This document shows, one piece after another, positions 52,202 through 64,000 of a stretch of 64,000 nucleotides of DNA. The notes beneath the pieces are model-generated. The model saw only the letters and a list, made by a program, of their open reading frames with translations. It was not told the origin of the DNA and ran no database searches. The position numbers and the translations under genes were made by a program. The stretch is taken from the NCBI GenBank assembly GCA_951406725.2, contig OX597818.1:85870001-85934000 (forward strand), written 5' to 3'. The stretch's first letter is position 1. Every line of letters begins with the position of its first letter. This DNA is from Octopus vulgaris. Its lineage: Eukaryota.

Positions 52202-55200
52202 TCACAGGAATACTTCTGTATATACGATGTTCCTAGCTGTCCGTTTGGGCGAAAACATGAAAACATCATTGCGCCTCCCAACGCGTGAACAGCCCACGTA
52301 GAGTTGACCGTGGGCGAAGCACTGTTCGCCCAAATGTAACCCAGCGACTTGTAGCGTTTGGCCTTGGGATTTATTGATGGACATTGCGAAGCAGAGTTTA
52401 ACAGGAAACTGAGAACGCCTGAAGTGGATTGGTAGGTCAGCGCCCGACGGTTGAAGGTGCATCCGTGGAATGAAGACGTCCTCTCCGTTCCCACAACCGG
52501 TAAGTATTGTGACCGTTATTAAATGTGGTGCCAAATGTTTCACAACCAAACGTGTGCCGTTGCACTGTTTAGGTGGAACCAAATTCCTGATGAGCATAAT
52601 GGGCGCACCGACTTTTAACTTCAGGATGTGTGGTGGCAGGCCTGGCGGTTCAAGTGAATTCAGGAATTCAACAGGATAATCGGCAAGCTGGGCGGGGTCT
52701 GCTATCCTATCTATAGATTTGTAGACGTGGACATCACCAGGAATAGCTTCAAGTAGCTGGATATTGATGGAGTTGACGGTTGTATTTTTGGGTGCGAGAA
52801 TAGCTCTGCCTCCCAGCCATTTTAGGTCGCGTAAATTGTTTTGTAGGTCGTGGAAGACAGCGTCCCGGAGGCTAGCAGGGGTGTCGACAATGGTGCAAAG
52901 TGAGTCCAATTGAACGTAGCCATCCGCATCAGACAGCATCCTATTTTCACCGAGCGATAAGAGGTCCCTGGAGAATGCAGCGGATCCGCTGTCACCAATT
53001 AACTGCGCGCGCATGTTAGTTTGGAGGTGCAAGGGCCGCACATGTGCCCAAAGAGCTGACGACTTAAGGCACGCGCGCACGGCATCGGCACGGGTTCCTT
53101 TTGGAATAACAGGTAGAGTCTGCCTGAAGTCTCCTGAAAGAAGTAAAGTTAATCCTCCCATGGGGGCCGTAGAGTCTCTGATGTCTTGCAGGGACCTGTC
53201 CAGTGCCTCAAGGGCGCCTTTTAGTGCCATAGTGCACTCGTCCCATACGATGAGTTTGCATCTGCGCAGAATGTCGGCCTGTTCTGAGTTCTTGGCGATG
53301 TTGCAGATAGGTGACTCGGACTTTGCCAGATCGAGCGGCAGTCTGAAGGCAGAGTGGGCGGTTCTGCCACCCGGAAGCAACGTGGCCGCGATACCAGAGG
53401 AAGCTACAGCCAGGGCAATGTCCGTGTTGCGTCTGACCTCTGCCAGAATTAGTTTAGTGACGAAGGTTTTGCCAGTGCCGCCGGGTGCATCAAGGAAGAA
53501 AATCCCCCCACGTTGCTGTCTGACAGAGTCTACGATGGTGTTGTAGGCTATGCGCTGGTCTGGAAGCAGCCGTGGTTCATTATCTTGGACGTACTGGTGC
53601 AGTTCCTCAATGCAGTAGGATGTTTCGCGTAACAATTCAGCAGACATAACATTGGCGTGTTCACGTGTGGGTGGTGGAAGGCCGTACTCTGTTAAAGCAG
53701 ACCCACCCATATCGATGACAGCGTCTTCGAGTTGAATGAGCGCAAAATTGTAAATGAAGTTGGTGAACGTGATCTCGGCGGAAGGGCAGTGTTGCTGAGC
53801 CGAACGTAAGAAGTCGTGCGACATGTCATCCCTGTATTTCATCCAGAGACTTAGTGGATCACTAAGCTGACATTTTTGAAGAAGGATTGCGAAAAGATGT
53901 CGTAGGGCCGAATGCGTTTGCAGTAAAGCACCCTCTGCCATCGTGGCGTCCCACTGGGAGTCATCCTCTAGAAGGCCAAGTCTCATACATGCTTCCCTGA
54001 AGGTGTCGCACAGAACCCCATTGACGGTACGTATATTGGCGAAACCTGTTGGACCAGTGACCTCATGTAGAAGGAGACGGAGGTAGAAGCATTCTTGCTG
54101 GTTTGGCGGGATGTTGTAAACTCGACCCAGGCAGGAGTCAAACTTGACGCCTGGGAAGCTTTCGACGTTTTTGCCGGATTTCCGTCGAACCCAGGTGTTT
54201 TTAGACCACACGAAGTACGATGGGACCTGTGGGTACAAAAGCGTTCGAGCGAAGTCATCACGTTGGCATAATTTGAAGAAACCAGTCAACGTTGTGTCTT
54301 TAGGGCTGGTGGCTATCTGCACAGCAATTTGCTCTGTGAAGTAAATCCGCTGTCCATTTTCCAAGTGTACAGCAAGCTGCACCACAGCCGGGTGTCTCTG
54401 ATGGAGCGGGAAGCCGTAAATGCGCCAAAACGCTTCGTTGCTGCTGAGGTACCGGCCAGCCAAGTAGTTGGACACTTCGTTGCGACTGGTGGTCCTCTGG
54501 ATGCTGAACATGGCAGCATCGCTGCCTTTGTTGATATATTTGCAGACATATTGTATTGACCTGATGGAGCTGCAGAACTCAACGTTGACGTGGGCTTTGA
54601 ATATCTTCGACAGGAGAGGACAGTAGGGGACAATGTAGCTGTTGTCCACTTGATGTCGCCCAACCGTAATCGTGCGGCCTCCATTAGCTGGACTCCTTCG
54701 TTTGTACAGCGGATACCCATCGCCGCCTGTTTGAGTCTCCAAAGTGAACCGTTTAGGGAATCCCTTTGAGCAGGCTAATCCGTTTTTGTAGCATGGTGTG
54801 TTGGCATAATTTGGTCCACAGGGCCCGTGTACCATGGTAGTGCGGACAATTTCGTAGAGTCCGGGGTCCTCATCGGGGTCAGGAATCTCGGCGGAAATGA
54901 ATTTGTCAATGTCATTAGTCTCGATTTTATGAGTGAGCCAAATTAAGATGTGAGCATGTGGCAAGCCCCTCTTTTGCCACTCGACCGAAAACATGTGGCA
55001 CCTGACATGCCCGAAAATCTGACCCTTAACTATCAAATCCTTCATTTTGCCCAAATTCAGAGGGAAAACCCTAGCAACGATGTCGTGTCGATGGGTGTGA
55101 GATTGACCCGGGAAGAGTTCGCGAGTGATTTCGTCGCAGCTGGGATTGCACGTGTAGGTGATAAAGAGGTCCGGCCGGCCGTAAATGCGCACGTAGGTCA

Positions 55201-55378
55201 AGGCGTCTTGGGTCCTTTCACGCATATATCGCGGTCCTCCCGTGAAGGTGGAGGGTAGAATGCATGGCGAGAGGCGCAAGGCGGTTTCCTCGTGGGTCTC
55301 GCGTGCCTTTCTAGCCCTAGCAGCCGATGCCTTGGCCGTCCGAGGGCTGAGGAGGGTCCTTCTCTTCTTGGGTGGCAT
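52202..55378 (-). CDS. Helitron RepHel (HUH-Y2 Rep + PIF1-family helicase), 1058 aa from MPPKKRR
   Basis: Rep motifs LPSTFTGGPR, DLFITYTCNP, VEWQKRGLPHAH (HUH), YVCKYINKG (Y2). Helicase motifs LDAPGGTGKT, WDECTM, GDFRQTLPV, SINKSQGQT, HGQLYVGCSRV. No stops. Confidence 0.92.
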   Translation of the reverse strand: MPPKKRRTLLSPRTAKASAARARKARETHEETALRLSPCILPSTFTGGPRYMRERTQDALTYVRIYGRPDLFITYTCNPSCDEITRELFPGQSHTHRHDIVARVFPLNLGKMKDLIVKGQIFGHVRCHMFSVEWQKRGLPHAHILIWLTHKIETNDIDKFISAEIPDPDEDPGLYEIVRTTMVHGPCGPNYANTPCYKNGLACSKGFPKRFTLETQTGGDGYPLYKRRSPANGGRTITVGRHQVDNSYIVPYCPLLSKIFKAHVNVEFCSSIRSIQYVCKYINKGSDAAMFSIQRTTSRNEVSNYLAGRYLSSNEAFWRIYGFPLHQRHPAVVQLAVHLENGQRIYFTEQIAVQIATSPKDTTLTGFFKLCQRDDFARTLLYPQVPSYFVWSKNTWVRRKSGKNVESFPGVKFDSCLGRVYNIPPNQQECFYLRLLLHEVTGPTGFANIRTVNGVLCDTFREACMRLGLLEDDSQWDATMAEGALLQTHSALRHLFAILLQKCQLSDPLSLWMKYRDDMSHDFLRSAQQHCPSAEITFTNFIYNFALIQLEDAVIDMGGSALTEYGLPPPTREHANVMSAELLRETSYCIEELHQYVQDNEPRLLPDQRIAYNTIVDSVRQQRGGIFFLDAPGGTGKTFVTKLILAEVRRNTDIALAVASSGIAATLLPGGRTAHSAFRLPLDLAKSESPICNIAKNSEQADILRRCKLIVWDECTMALKGALEALDRSLQDIRDSTAPMGGLTLLLSGDFRQTLPVIPKGTRADAVRACLKSSALWAHVRPLHLQTNMRAQLIGDSGSAAFSRDLLSLGENRMLSDADGYVQLDSLCTIVDTPASLRDAVFHDLQNNLRDLKWLGGRAILAPKNTTVNSINIQLLEAIPGDVHVYKSIDRIADPAQLADYPVEFLNSLEPPGLPPHILKLKVGAPIMLIRNLVPPKQCNGTRLVVKHLAPHLITVTILTGCGNGEDVFIPRMHLQPSGADLPIHFRRSQFPVKLCFAMSINKSQGQTLQVAGLHLGEQCFAHGQLYVGCSRVGRRNDVFMFSPKRTARNIVYTEVFL

Positions 55379-55500
55379 TTTGGTGGATAGCAATGTGTTT
55401 GGCAAAGGTATAATAAAAAGGAACACGTGGGGTAAGTATTTTGGTGGATAGCAATGTGTTTGGTAAAGGTGTAATAAAAAGGAGCTCGTGGGGTAAGTAT
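55379..55500. repeat. Two-copy 61-bp tandem repeat just upstream of the RepHel ATG
   Basis: TGGTGGATAGCAATGTGTTTGG...CGTGGGGTAAGTAT at 55381 and 55442. Confidence 0.85.
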
Positions 55501-56534
55501 CCGAAAATCTATAAAAATGTACAAAAACGGCCAAAAAGCTGGCAGCAATGTGAGTGACAACAACGAAAAAGTCAAAAGTGATCAAACTGAACAAACGAAA
55601 GGAAAAGTTTTTTGATGCACACGACAAAAGTGGTTTATAATAAACCAAGAGTTTGCAAGTAGCGTCCGAGGACCGTTAGGGTACGTCAAAAATTGAAGGT
55701 AAAACGTTTGGGGTGGTAGTTATAAAGAAAGTTTAAACAAAAAAAGTATTCGAATAACTTGCGGCTGCAGCAGCTATTAGCAGAAGTGGCGGTGTTGGGG
55801 GTAAAGTCTCGAATGTAATTTCTTCCTGGTAGGAATTGGTTGGATCGAATTATCGATAGCTAAAAAGGTCAAGTTGCGTCCCCTAGACAGTCTGGTTTGT
55901 GTTTAATACACAAATTTGTTTGCTATGTGTGCCACATATGATTAAATTAACCGATTTTTTCCAATAATGTATCCTATTGGAATAAAAAGGGCTATATAGC
56001 TCCTTGGAGCAGACATGATGCTCGTTGTGAAAAAAAAAAGATTCCTGCCAATTTGTGAAAGATATTGTCGAAAATATGTCATCTTGAATTTGAACGCGAT
56101 TTCCCAAAATGGCATGATTTTATCGATTGTTTCTGATGGTAAGGTATTGCATGGAAAACTAACGTCAGAATTGAGTTTCTTAGGGTAACATTAAGCTTCA
56201 CCATGAGTTTGGTGAAAATCGATTGCAAGTTGTGAAAACTACCATAGATAATGCGTTGCATAAAAAAAGCTTAGATTCTCGAGTTGCGTCCCCTAGACAG
56301 TCTGTGGTTCGTGTTTATGGTTCTCGACCCCATGTCGAATTTATCAATTTTTTTTCAGAACTGGGGGAACTTTTCAAAATTTTCGGTGCGTTAGTTTTGA
56401 ATTATGACATTGGGCTATGTGTGTGTCAAGTTTCATCAGAATCGGTTGAAAGCCGTGGTCAGGGTGAGGGTACGAGAAAACAGACACACAGAAGCACGCA
56501 CAGACAAACTGCCGTTTATATATATATATATATA

Positions 56535-56906
56535 CTAGCAGTATCGCCCGGCGTTGCTCAGGTTTGTAAGGGAAATAACTATAAAGCATTTTTAGAGAGT
56601 TATAGCCAAAAAATAGCAAAAAAATGGAAAACAAATGATGGTAAATTTTTTTGAGAGTTAAAAAGGTAGAGTTGCGTCCCCTAGACGGTCTGTGGTTTGG
56701 GTTTCTAATTCTCGACCCCATGTCGAATTTATCGATTTTTTCAGAACTGGGGAACTTTTCAAAATTTTCGCTGCGTTAGTTTTGAATTATGACATTGGGC
56801 TATGTGTGTGTCAAGTTTCATCAGAATCGGTTGAAAGCCGTGGTCAGAGTGAGGGTACGAGAAAACAGACACACAGAAACACGCACAGACAAACTGCCGT
56901 TTATAT

Positions 56907-56911
<5 letters not shown>
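56535..56911 (-). mobile_element. Non-autonomous Helitron, head-to-tail with the RepHel element
   Basis: 5' TCTCTATATAAACGGCAG at 56911; 3' GAGCAACGCCGGGCGATACTGCTAG at 56535. Confidence 0.9.
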
Positions 56912-56963
<52 letters not shown>

Positions 56964-58572
56964 AGATCCTTTTAATTTCCGTCTATGAAATCCACTCATA
57001 AGGTTTTGGTTGGGCATGGGTCTATAGTAGAAGACATTTGCATAAACTGCATCACATTAGAACCGAAACCATAATCATGCAGCAGTTAAATAAACTTCTT
57101 ACTTCACAGCTACACCTGCGCCTTAAAAAAAAGTTCGTTGTGTATACTCTTTAGTCTTCGATGCAAATTCCAGACTTTCAAATCCGCCTAAACTTGACTT
57201 AGTCTAGAATAGATTGCCTCCCCTACTCCCCTATATTGTTGACCACCAGGGGTACAACACATGTACTAATATCACCTTTTGTTTTGTCTCCCACCACCAC
57301 CTCCATTTGTTTCTTCTTTTCTGAACCGTCCACAAACGACGGCGATTCTTGCCAAGAGACAAAATAAACTTGGTGTTATTACATGCTCAACTAACTTCGA
57401 AAACAGCTGTTGAAATGTCATTCTATTTTCACCAAACCAGATGGCTGCGTTTGTCGATTTATATTAACAAATTTCTCTGTTGGTTTATTAGTAAGTAGGT
57501 CGGCTGTAACAGATACACTCAAACATTTGTATATCTTATGAATAGACGGAGCAGAGATGGATATGTGGTTAAGAAGCTTGCTTTCAAACCACGTAGTTTC
57601 AGGTTCAATCCTACTGCGCGCACACCTCAGGTAAGCATCTTCTATGATAGCCAAGGGGAAATCAAATTTTGTGAGTGAATTTGATGGACGAAAACAGAGT
57701 GGAAGCCCGTCATATATATAATCAGCACTCCACCCGGATTAACACAAGATCTTCGTAATCTTTCGGACCCTACCTCCATAGATCTTACCGGCTCCATTTA
57801 ATTAAGTATTAGATCAATTTGAAATACACAGCCATCTTCGGATGCAAAATATAGGCTTTCAACAGACAAGATACTCCATTATAATTTTTAGCAAATATTT
57901 CATCAGAACTAGAGAATGAAAGAATTCCATGCTGCTACTATTGTAGCAGAATAAACTTAGAAAAAGAAAAGTACCCCAACTATAATTTGGAGTGGGGATC
58001 ATGAGATGACATTTTAGCTACAATTTTTATCTATCCCCTTATCACCATCAAAAGATATAATGCAGTTAGTATACTGCGTCTACTAAGAATTAAAACCAAT
58101 AGAAATAATCTTAAACGGCCGTAATGCAGCAATACCTTGACATCTTTGTTACTTATTTGATTTTTATTCACCTTACTTCGAGCTGTGCGGATAATACCTG
58201 ACTGGCTAGGTGCCTCAACAAATTATCTTCGCTTCTTATAGCCGTTTCAATTAATGCTCAATAATTTAATTACAAATTTGTACATTAAATTTGAATTTAT
58301 GTGACATGAACATAATTTCATCAGAGAAAAAAAAAAGATGTACCTTGAGATATTATATGTGGACCTATCAATTCATTTCATCAGACGCAATTTGTTAATA
58401 ATGAATAATTGTTAACTACCTTATCTTCATTGTCTTCTCTTCTTTTAACTGGATATAAACTATATGCTTAATATATACCTATTATTTTTATGCATTTTCA
58501 TTCACCAACAATACTAGATATTGAACCAGTATTTCCTTGGATGCAGCTATCCCTTCACGAGGTTAACATATC

Positions 58573-58653
<81 letters not shown>

Positions 58654-58714
58654 GTGTGTGAGTGTGTGTATGTGTGTGTATTTGTATATATATGTGTGTA
58701 TATATATAAATGAA

Positions 58715-58766
<52 letters not shown>

Positions 58767-59455
58767 CATACATACACACACATACACATGCAATTATATG
58801 TACATAGATATTATATAATTATGTACGTTGGTGCGTTTGTACAGGGTTGCTAAGTGTAATGAATGCTTTATAAATATGATTGAAAGGTCTTAAGGAATCA
58901 TGGAATATTTAAAGGAAGAACAAGAGGTGAGAAATGTCGACTTCAATTATAAAGAGTGTGAACCCGAAGTCTTGGACTATTGAGATTTCTGGTGCCAGTA
59001 TGTCTTATGTTCTTATAGAATACACTGCTTAACACACACTGTTTAGTTGATCGTTCGTGAACTTTCACATTGGAAAGAAAATACCACAATTGGCACGAAT
59101 TTATATTTCTTTGAGTGTTTATTCATTTGCAGGGCATTCGCGAACGACCATTTTAAACATATTTGGTTCAATTTCGGTGCCAAAAAATCAGCGATATCAT
59201 ATATTTTTGCACTTGAATTTGTATCGAATTTACAAATGGTAGTGATTTTATGTAGATCTAATAACACATAAATACATACTCTCCCACGCATACACACATG
59301 TACATTGTATGTATGCATGTATGTATGCATGTATGTATGTATGTATGTATGTATGTATGTATGTATGTATGTATGTATGTATGTATGTATGTATGTATGT
59401 ATGTATGTATGTATGTATGTATGTATGTATGTATGTATGTATGTATGTATGTATG

Positions 59456-59492
<37 letters not shown>

Positions 59493-59662
59493 GTGTGTAT
59501 GTATATATATATATATATCGAGAGAGAGAGAGAGAGAGAGGGAGCGAGAGAGAGAGAAAAGTACTGAGAGAGAAAGAGAGAAAGATAGAGGGCATAAATA
59601 GTTAGGTAGATACATGTGTATGTATGTATGTTATGCATGTTTGCAAGCATACATGTGCATGC

Positions 59663-59707
<45 letters not shown>

Positions 59708-59709
<2 letters not shown>

Positions 59710-60310
59710 AGGGTGTACCCAAAAGAAACCGTAATTTTGCAGTATTATTTATTCACTTAGTTTTACATGTTTACACTTTTGCCACCTTTAAAGTATTCTC
59801 CACTCGAAGCAATGCATCGTACTAGGCTCGTTTTCCACTGTTCGAAGCAGTCCTAGAACTCTTGCAAAATCATGCCTTTTAACGCCTCCGTGGTTTTTTT
59901 GGTTTTCTTCACCTCTTCTACATCTACAAAACGTTTTTCTTTAAGGATTTTTTCCATTCGAAGGAACAAAAAAGTGTTGCAGTGAGCAAGATCGGATGAA
60001 TAGGGGCGGGGGGGGGGTAGGTAAGCGAGGTCATGCCAATTTTTTAGTTTAAAACTGTCTCGCACTGAAAGCGGTGTGCGAAGGTGCATGGTCGTGATGA
60101 AACCACGAATCTCCGCTTTGCTACTGGTCGAGGTGTTTTCGTCTCGCTGGGTTTCGCAAACGCTTCAGAACTGTCTGGTTAACAGTTTGAACAGAAAGAA
60201 CAAATACTGTGTGGACAATTCCTTTCGTATCCATGAAACAAATCAGTATCGTTCTGACATTATGCAAATGTTTGCAAAAGCGCCAGGAACGATCACACGA
60301 TGAGTCGTCA
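59708..60310 (-). mobile_element. mariner transposase relic with one TIR
   Basis: TIR CGAGGGTGTACCCAAAAG. Translation PRPYSSDLAHCNTFLFLRMEKILKEKRFVDVEEVK corresponds to the YSPDLAPxDFxLF motif. Confidence 0.85.
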
Positions 60311-60947
60311 GGATGGAATCATGACTCTTATCGGTCTCGCATCGGAAAAAGAACCCTTTGTTCGAATTTGTCTTACTCAGTGAGCATATGATAGATACGA
60401 TGCATGATACGGATGTTCCCTGCAACATTATCTAATCCCTAATAGCAAAGGATATCAGCGTAACGATCACACCGCAACATTCTTCATATGAATCGTACGA
60501 TAGGTACCACATGGAATACATTGGGGATGCTTGTCCTTACAGTGAAACGAGGATGTCGGCAATTCATCCATATTTTTAAAATAATCAAAGGCGGCCGCAG
60601 GTATGGTCTACCAGGTTGTGATCTGCTCAATGCTGAAACAATTTGCAGCATTGAGTCATTTTTGCACCGCACGCAAAAAGGAAAACATAGAAAAGTGCTT
60701 GAAGCGTCTTTTCGGTCTATTTAGACGGCCAAAAGTTACTGTATCAGGGAACACACCTAAATTTAATAAAGATAAAAGGCGTAGCTGTGTGGTAAGAAGT
60801 TTGCTTCTTCACCATATGTTTTCAGGTTTAATCCCAGTGCTTGGCATCTTGGGCAAGTGTCTTCTACAATAACCTCGGGCCGGCCAAAGCCTTTCGTGTA
60901 GATTTGGTAGACGGAAACGGAAAGAAGCCCATCGTATATATATATAT

Positions 60948-61088
<141 letters not shown>

Positions 61089-61292
61089 TGTGTGTGTCTT
61101 TGTATCAGTGTCTATACTCCCAGTACCGCTTGACAACCGGTGTTTGCGTCCCCCGTAACCTAGCGGTTCGGCAAAAGAAAACCGACAGAATAAGTACTTA
61201 GGCGTTAAAAAAAATAAGCCCCGGGGTCGATTAGTTCAACTAAAGCACTTCAAGGTGGTGCCGCAGCCAAATGACTGAAACAAATATAAAAA

Positions 61293-61350
<58 letters not shown>

Positions 61351-61391
61351 AATGTATGTAAATATATTTACATGCCTATCTATCCATATGT

Positions 61392-61460
<69 letters not shown>

Positions 61461-61745
61461 GTGTGTGTGTGTGTGTGTGTGTATGTATACTCTTTTACTT
61501 TTTCAGTCATTTGACTGTGGCCATGCTAGAGCACTGCCTTTAGTCGAGCATATCGACCCCAGGACTTATTCTTTGTAAGCCTAGTACTTATTCTATCGGT
61601 CTCGTTTGCCGAACCGCTAAGTTACGGGGAAGTAAACACACCAGCATCGGTTGTCAAGCGATGCTGGAGGGACAAACACAGATACACAAACGTGTGAACA
61701 TGGAATCATGTGGACGGTAAGCAAGCTTCTTACCACAAAGCCACT

Positions 61746-61834
<89 letters not shown>

Positions 61835-61859
61835 TATATATATATAAGTAGTTGAATGA

Positions 61860-62105
61860 ATTATCTTAGTATGGATAATTCGGTTAACCGATACCTGGGT
61901 AGCAAATTTACGTCAGAAAAACACGGTTGAAGCTACATGCCAAGGGCAGAGATCAAAATTCCTTTATTCTCGACATATGTTTCGAAGACTGCATATTCCT
62001 AATTTCCGCCTTCTCATCAGGAAAAACAAGGAACTTATGCAGCCTTCGAAACATATGCCGAGAATAAAGGAATTTTGTTAAATCGTCGTTCAACTCCATT
62101 CTTTC

Positions 62106-62108
<3 letters not shown>
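61860..62108 (-). mobile_element. Small Penelope-like element in (TA)n with inverted repeat and hammerhead
   Basis: 42-bp arms at 61954-61995 and 62036-62077; (TA)n on both sides. Confidence 0.7.
61967..62025 (-). ncRNA. Type-I hammerhead ribozyme motif with canonical core
   Basis: TTTTC-CTGATGA-GAAGGC(loop)GTCTTC-GAAAC-ATAT-GT-C-GAGAA: perfect CUGAUGA/GAAA core, GUC triplet, palindromic stem III. Confidence 0.8.
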
Positions 62109-62151
<43 letters not shown>

Positions 62152-62152
<1 letters not shown>

Positions 62153-62400
62153 AAGAATCTTACTTAGAAATGGATGCGTGCGTTCCGTCATATAATTTCA
62201 TCTACTTCACGTTCCGAAGGTCATCGAAACGTGGAGTAGATGAATTTAAGGCGACTGAAGAAGGGGATTTTTCCTTGTTTTGTATGTCCTGTACTCTAAT
62301 TTTTCGTTGTTTTAAAAAAATGTCCATTTCCTTGGTTTTGTGTTTATGTTTTCGTTTCTCATTGTGTTCAACGTTTTTTTTTTGGTGTCCTGTACCCATA
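62152..62400 (+). mobile_element. Penelope-like fragment with hairpin and split hammerhead motifs
   Basis: Hairpin AATTTCATCTACTTCACGTTCCG / CGAAACGTGGAGTAGATGAATT, followed by CTGAAGAAGGGG. Adjacent to (TA)n. Confidence 0.45.
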
Positions 62401-62486
62401 TATGCATGTATATATACATGTAGAGGTAGGTACGTACATATATGTACGTATATATGCATATGTTTTATTAATTTATTATATATATG

Positions 62487-62524
<38 letters not shown>

Positions 62525-63081
62525 TACACACATACACACATACATCCGCATACATATTTCCTATATACATGTAGAGACGACATCATTCATGAATTGCTTC
62601 TAATTTTGGCCAAAGGATAACAGTTTCGAAGGAAGAAGGTTAATCGATATCACCAACACCCAAAAGTAGATCAGCGTTTCATTTTATCGACCTCAGAGGA
62701 ATGAAAACGCAAAGTTGACCTTGGTGGAATGTAAACTCGGAACGCTCCCCCTACCCCTACCTCCACCCCACCGAAAGTAAATAAAACAAAAGAAAAACAC
62801 ACACAAGTACACATATAGCATATTCTTTCTTTTCTCTCCTTGATTCGGGTGGCTGGCTTAAGTTGCTACCCGACAGAAATATTCTGTGCATGATGTGTGC
62901 GTATGTGTGTGTATAAGTATGTATGTATGTATGTAACGCTAACGGAACCTATTTGATCCGTAAGCAGCAGCTTGCTCGCACTTAATGACACTTTAGTCAC
63001 GTGACTAATTAATTATTATTATTATTATTATTATTATTATTTTTTTCTCTGAGGAGTCAAAGAGAAATGTAAAGGACAAAC

Positions 63082-63180
63082 CCGTCTGTTGCATGCTTCA
63101 ACAAGTCATAAAGTCTATTTTTGATATATCGAGCCCAGTCGCAGTTCCGACAAGTTAGATCTCGAGATAAACCAGATATG
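63082..63180 (-). CDS. Candidate host-gene exon (99 bp, phase 2-2), product unrecognised
   Basis: Acceptor ATTTGTAG, donor GG|GTTTGT. Open frame ISGLSRDLTCRNCDWARYIKNRLYDLLKHATDG in a unique island between simple repeats. Confidence 0.5.
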
Positions 63181-63194
63181 CTACAAATAATACT

Positions 63195-63280
63195 AGTGGT
63201 GGTGATGGGGGTGGTGGTGGTAATGATGGTGGTGGCGTTGATGGGGGTGGTGCTGATAGGGATGTTGGTGTTGGTGGCGA

Positions 63281-63315
<35 letters not shown>

Positions 63316-63400
63316 ATGGCGGGGGTGATGGTAGTGGTGGTAATGATGGTGGTGGTGTTGATGGGGGTGGTGCTGATAGGGATGTTGGTGTTGGTGGCGA

Positions 63401-63441
<41 letters not shown>

Positions 63442-64000
63442 ATGGCGGGGGTGATGGTAGTGGTGGTAATGATGGTGGTGGTGTTGATGGGGGTGGTGCT
63501 GATAGGGATGTTGGTGGTGGTGGTGGCGATAGTAGTAGTGGTGGTGGTGATGGTGGTGTTAATGGGGGTAGTGCTGATTGGGATGTTGGTGGTGGTGGTG
63601 GCGATAGTAGTAGTGGTGGTGGTGATGGTAATGGTGGTGGTGGTGGTGATAGTGCATGATGATGATGGTAGCGGTGTTGGTGGTGCTGCTGATAGTAGTG
63701 GGTTGGTGGTGGCGATAGTGGTGAGTGATGATGGTGGTGGTGGTGGTGGTGGTGGTGGAGGAAGTGATGGTGGTGGGTGTGAAGATGGTGGTAGCGGTGG
63801 CGGTGATGATAGTGGTGGTGGTGGTGGTTGTGGTGGTAGTGGTGTTGGTGGTGTTGGCAGAGGTGGTGTTGGTGGTACTGGTAATATGGTATGTGGGGGG
63901 TGATATTTATTTATTTGTGTGCTCCTTTCCACCATCACCTCCTCACCACCACTACCGCCACAGCCACCACCACCACCACCACCACTACTACCACCCCCAG
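63195..64000. repeat. (GGT/AGT/GAT)n triplet tract with ~120-bp higher-order units, switching to (CAC)n at the end
   Basis: ATGGGGGTGGTGCTGATAGGGATGTTGGTG recurs about every 120 bp. Confidence 0.9.

Larger units (their letters stand above)
52081..56530 (-). mobile_element. Helitron with RepHel ORF
   Basis: 3' hairpin CCCGGGCAACGCCGGG and CTAG|T at 52081. The 5' block TATAAACGGCAGTTTGTCTG merges into (TA)n, so the exact 5' boundary is ambiguous. Confidence 0.95.

Noticed and set aside
55379-55648. 90-aa N-terminal extension of the RepHel ORF in the ORF track
   Set aside because: Non-ATG start running through a tandem repeat. MPPKKRR at 55378 is the more plausible start.
63057-63938. 293-aa Thr/Pro-rich mucin-like ORF and its antisense Val/Gly ORF
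   Set aside because: Artefact of triplet repeats. Only the unique 99-bp segment is retained as a candidate exon.

Overview
AT-rich, microsatellite-saturated eukaryotic DNA that is mostly intronic or intergenic. The SINE and repeat content suggests an octopus genome (inference). Main contents: (1) a full-length but disrupted Tx1/L1-clade LINE (about 13610-18961) nested, with its own TSD, inside a tRNA-derived SINE ('SINE-B'); (2) a second, decayed Tx1 copy; (3) a Helitron with an open 1058-aa HUH-Rep/PIF1 ORF, plus several non-autonomous Helitrons; (4) RTE, R4/Dong-like and Tc1/mariner relics; (5) many SINEs; (6) several small Penelope-like elements with type-I hammerhead ribozyme motifs, mostly at (TA)n; (7) a few candidate minus-strand host exons. 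Most interesting signal: SINE-B shares its 3' tail with the Tx1 LINE, and both the LINE and extra SINE-B copies sit at the same nucleotide register inside the SINE-B head. This suggests a LINE/SINE pair in which the SINE is both passenger and target. 'SINE-A' and 'SINE-B' are my own labels.
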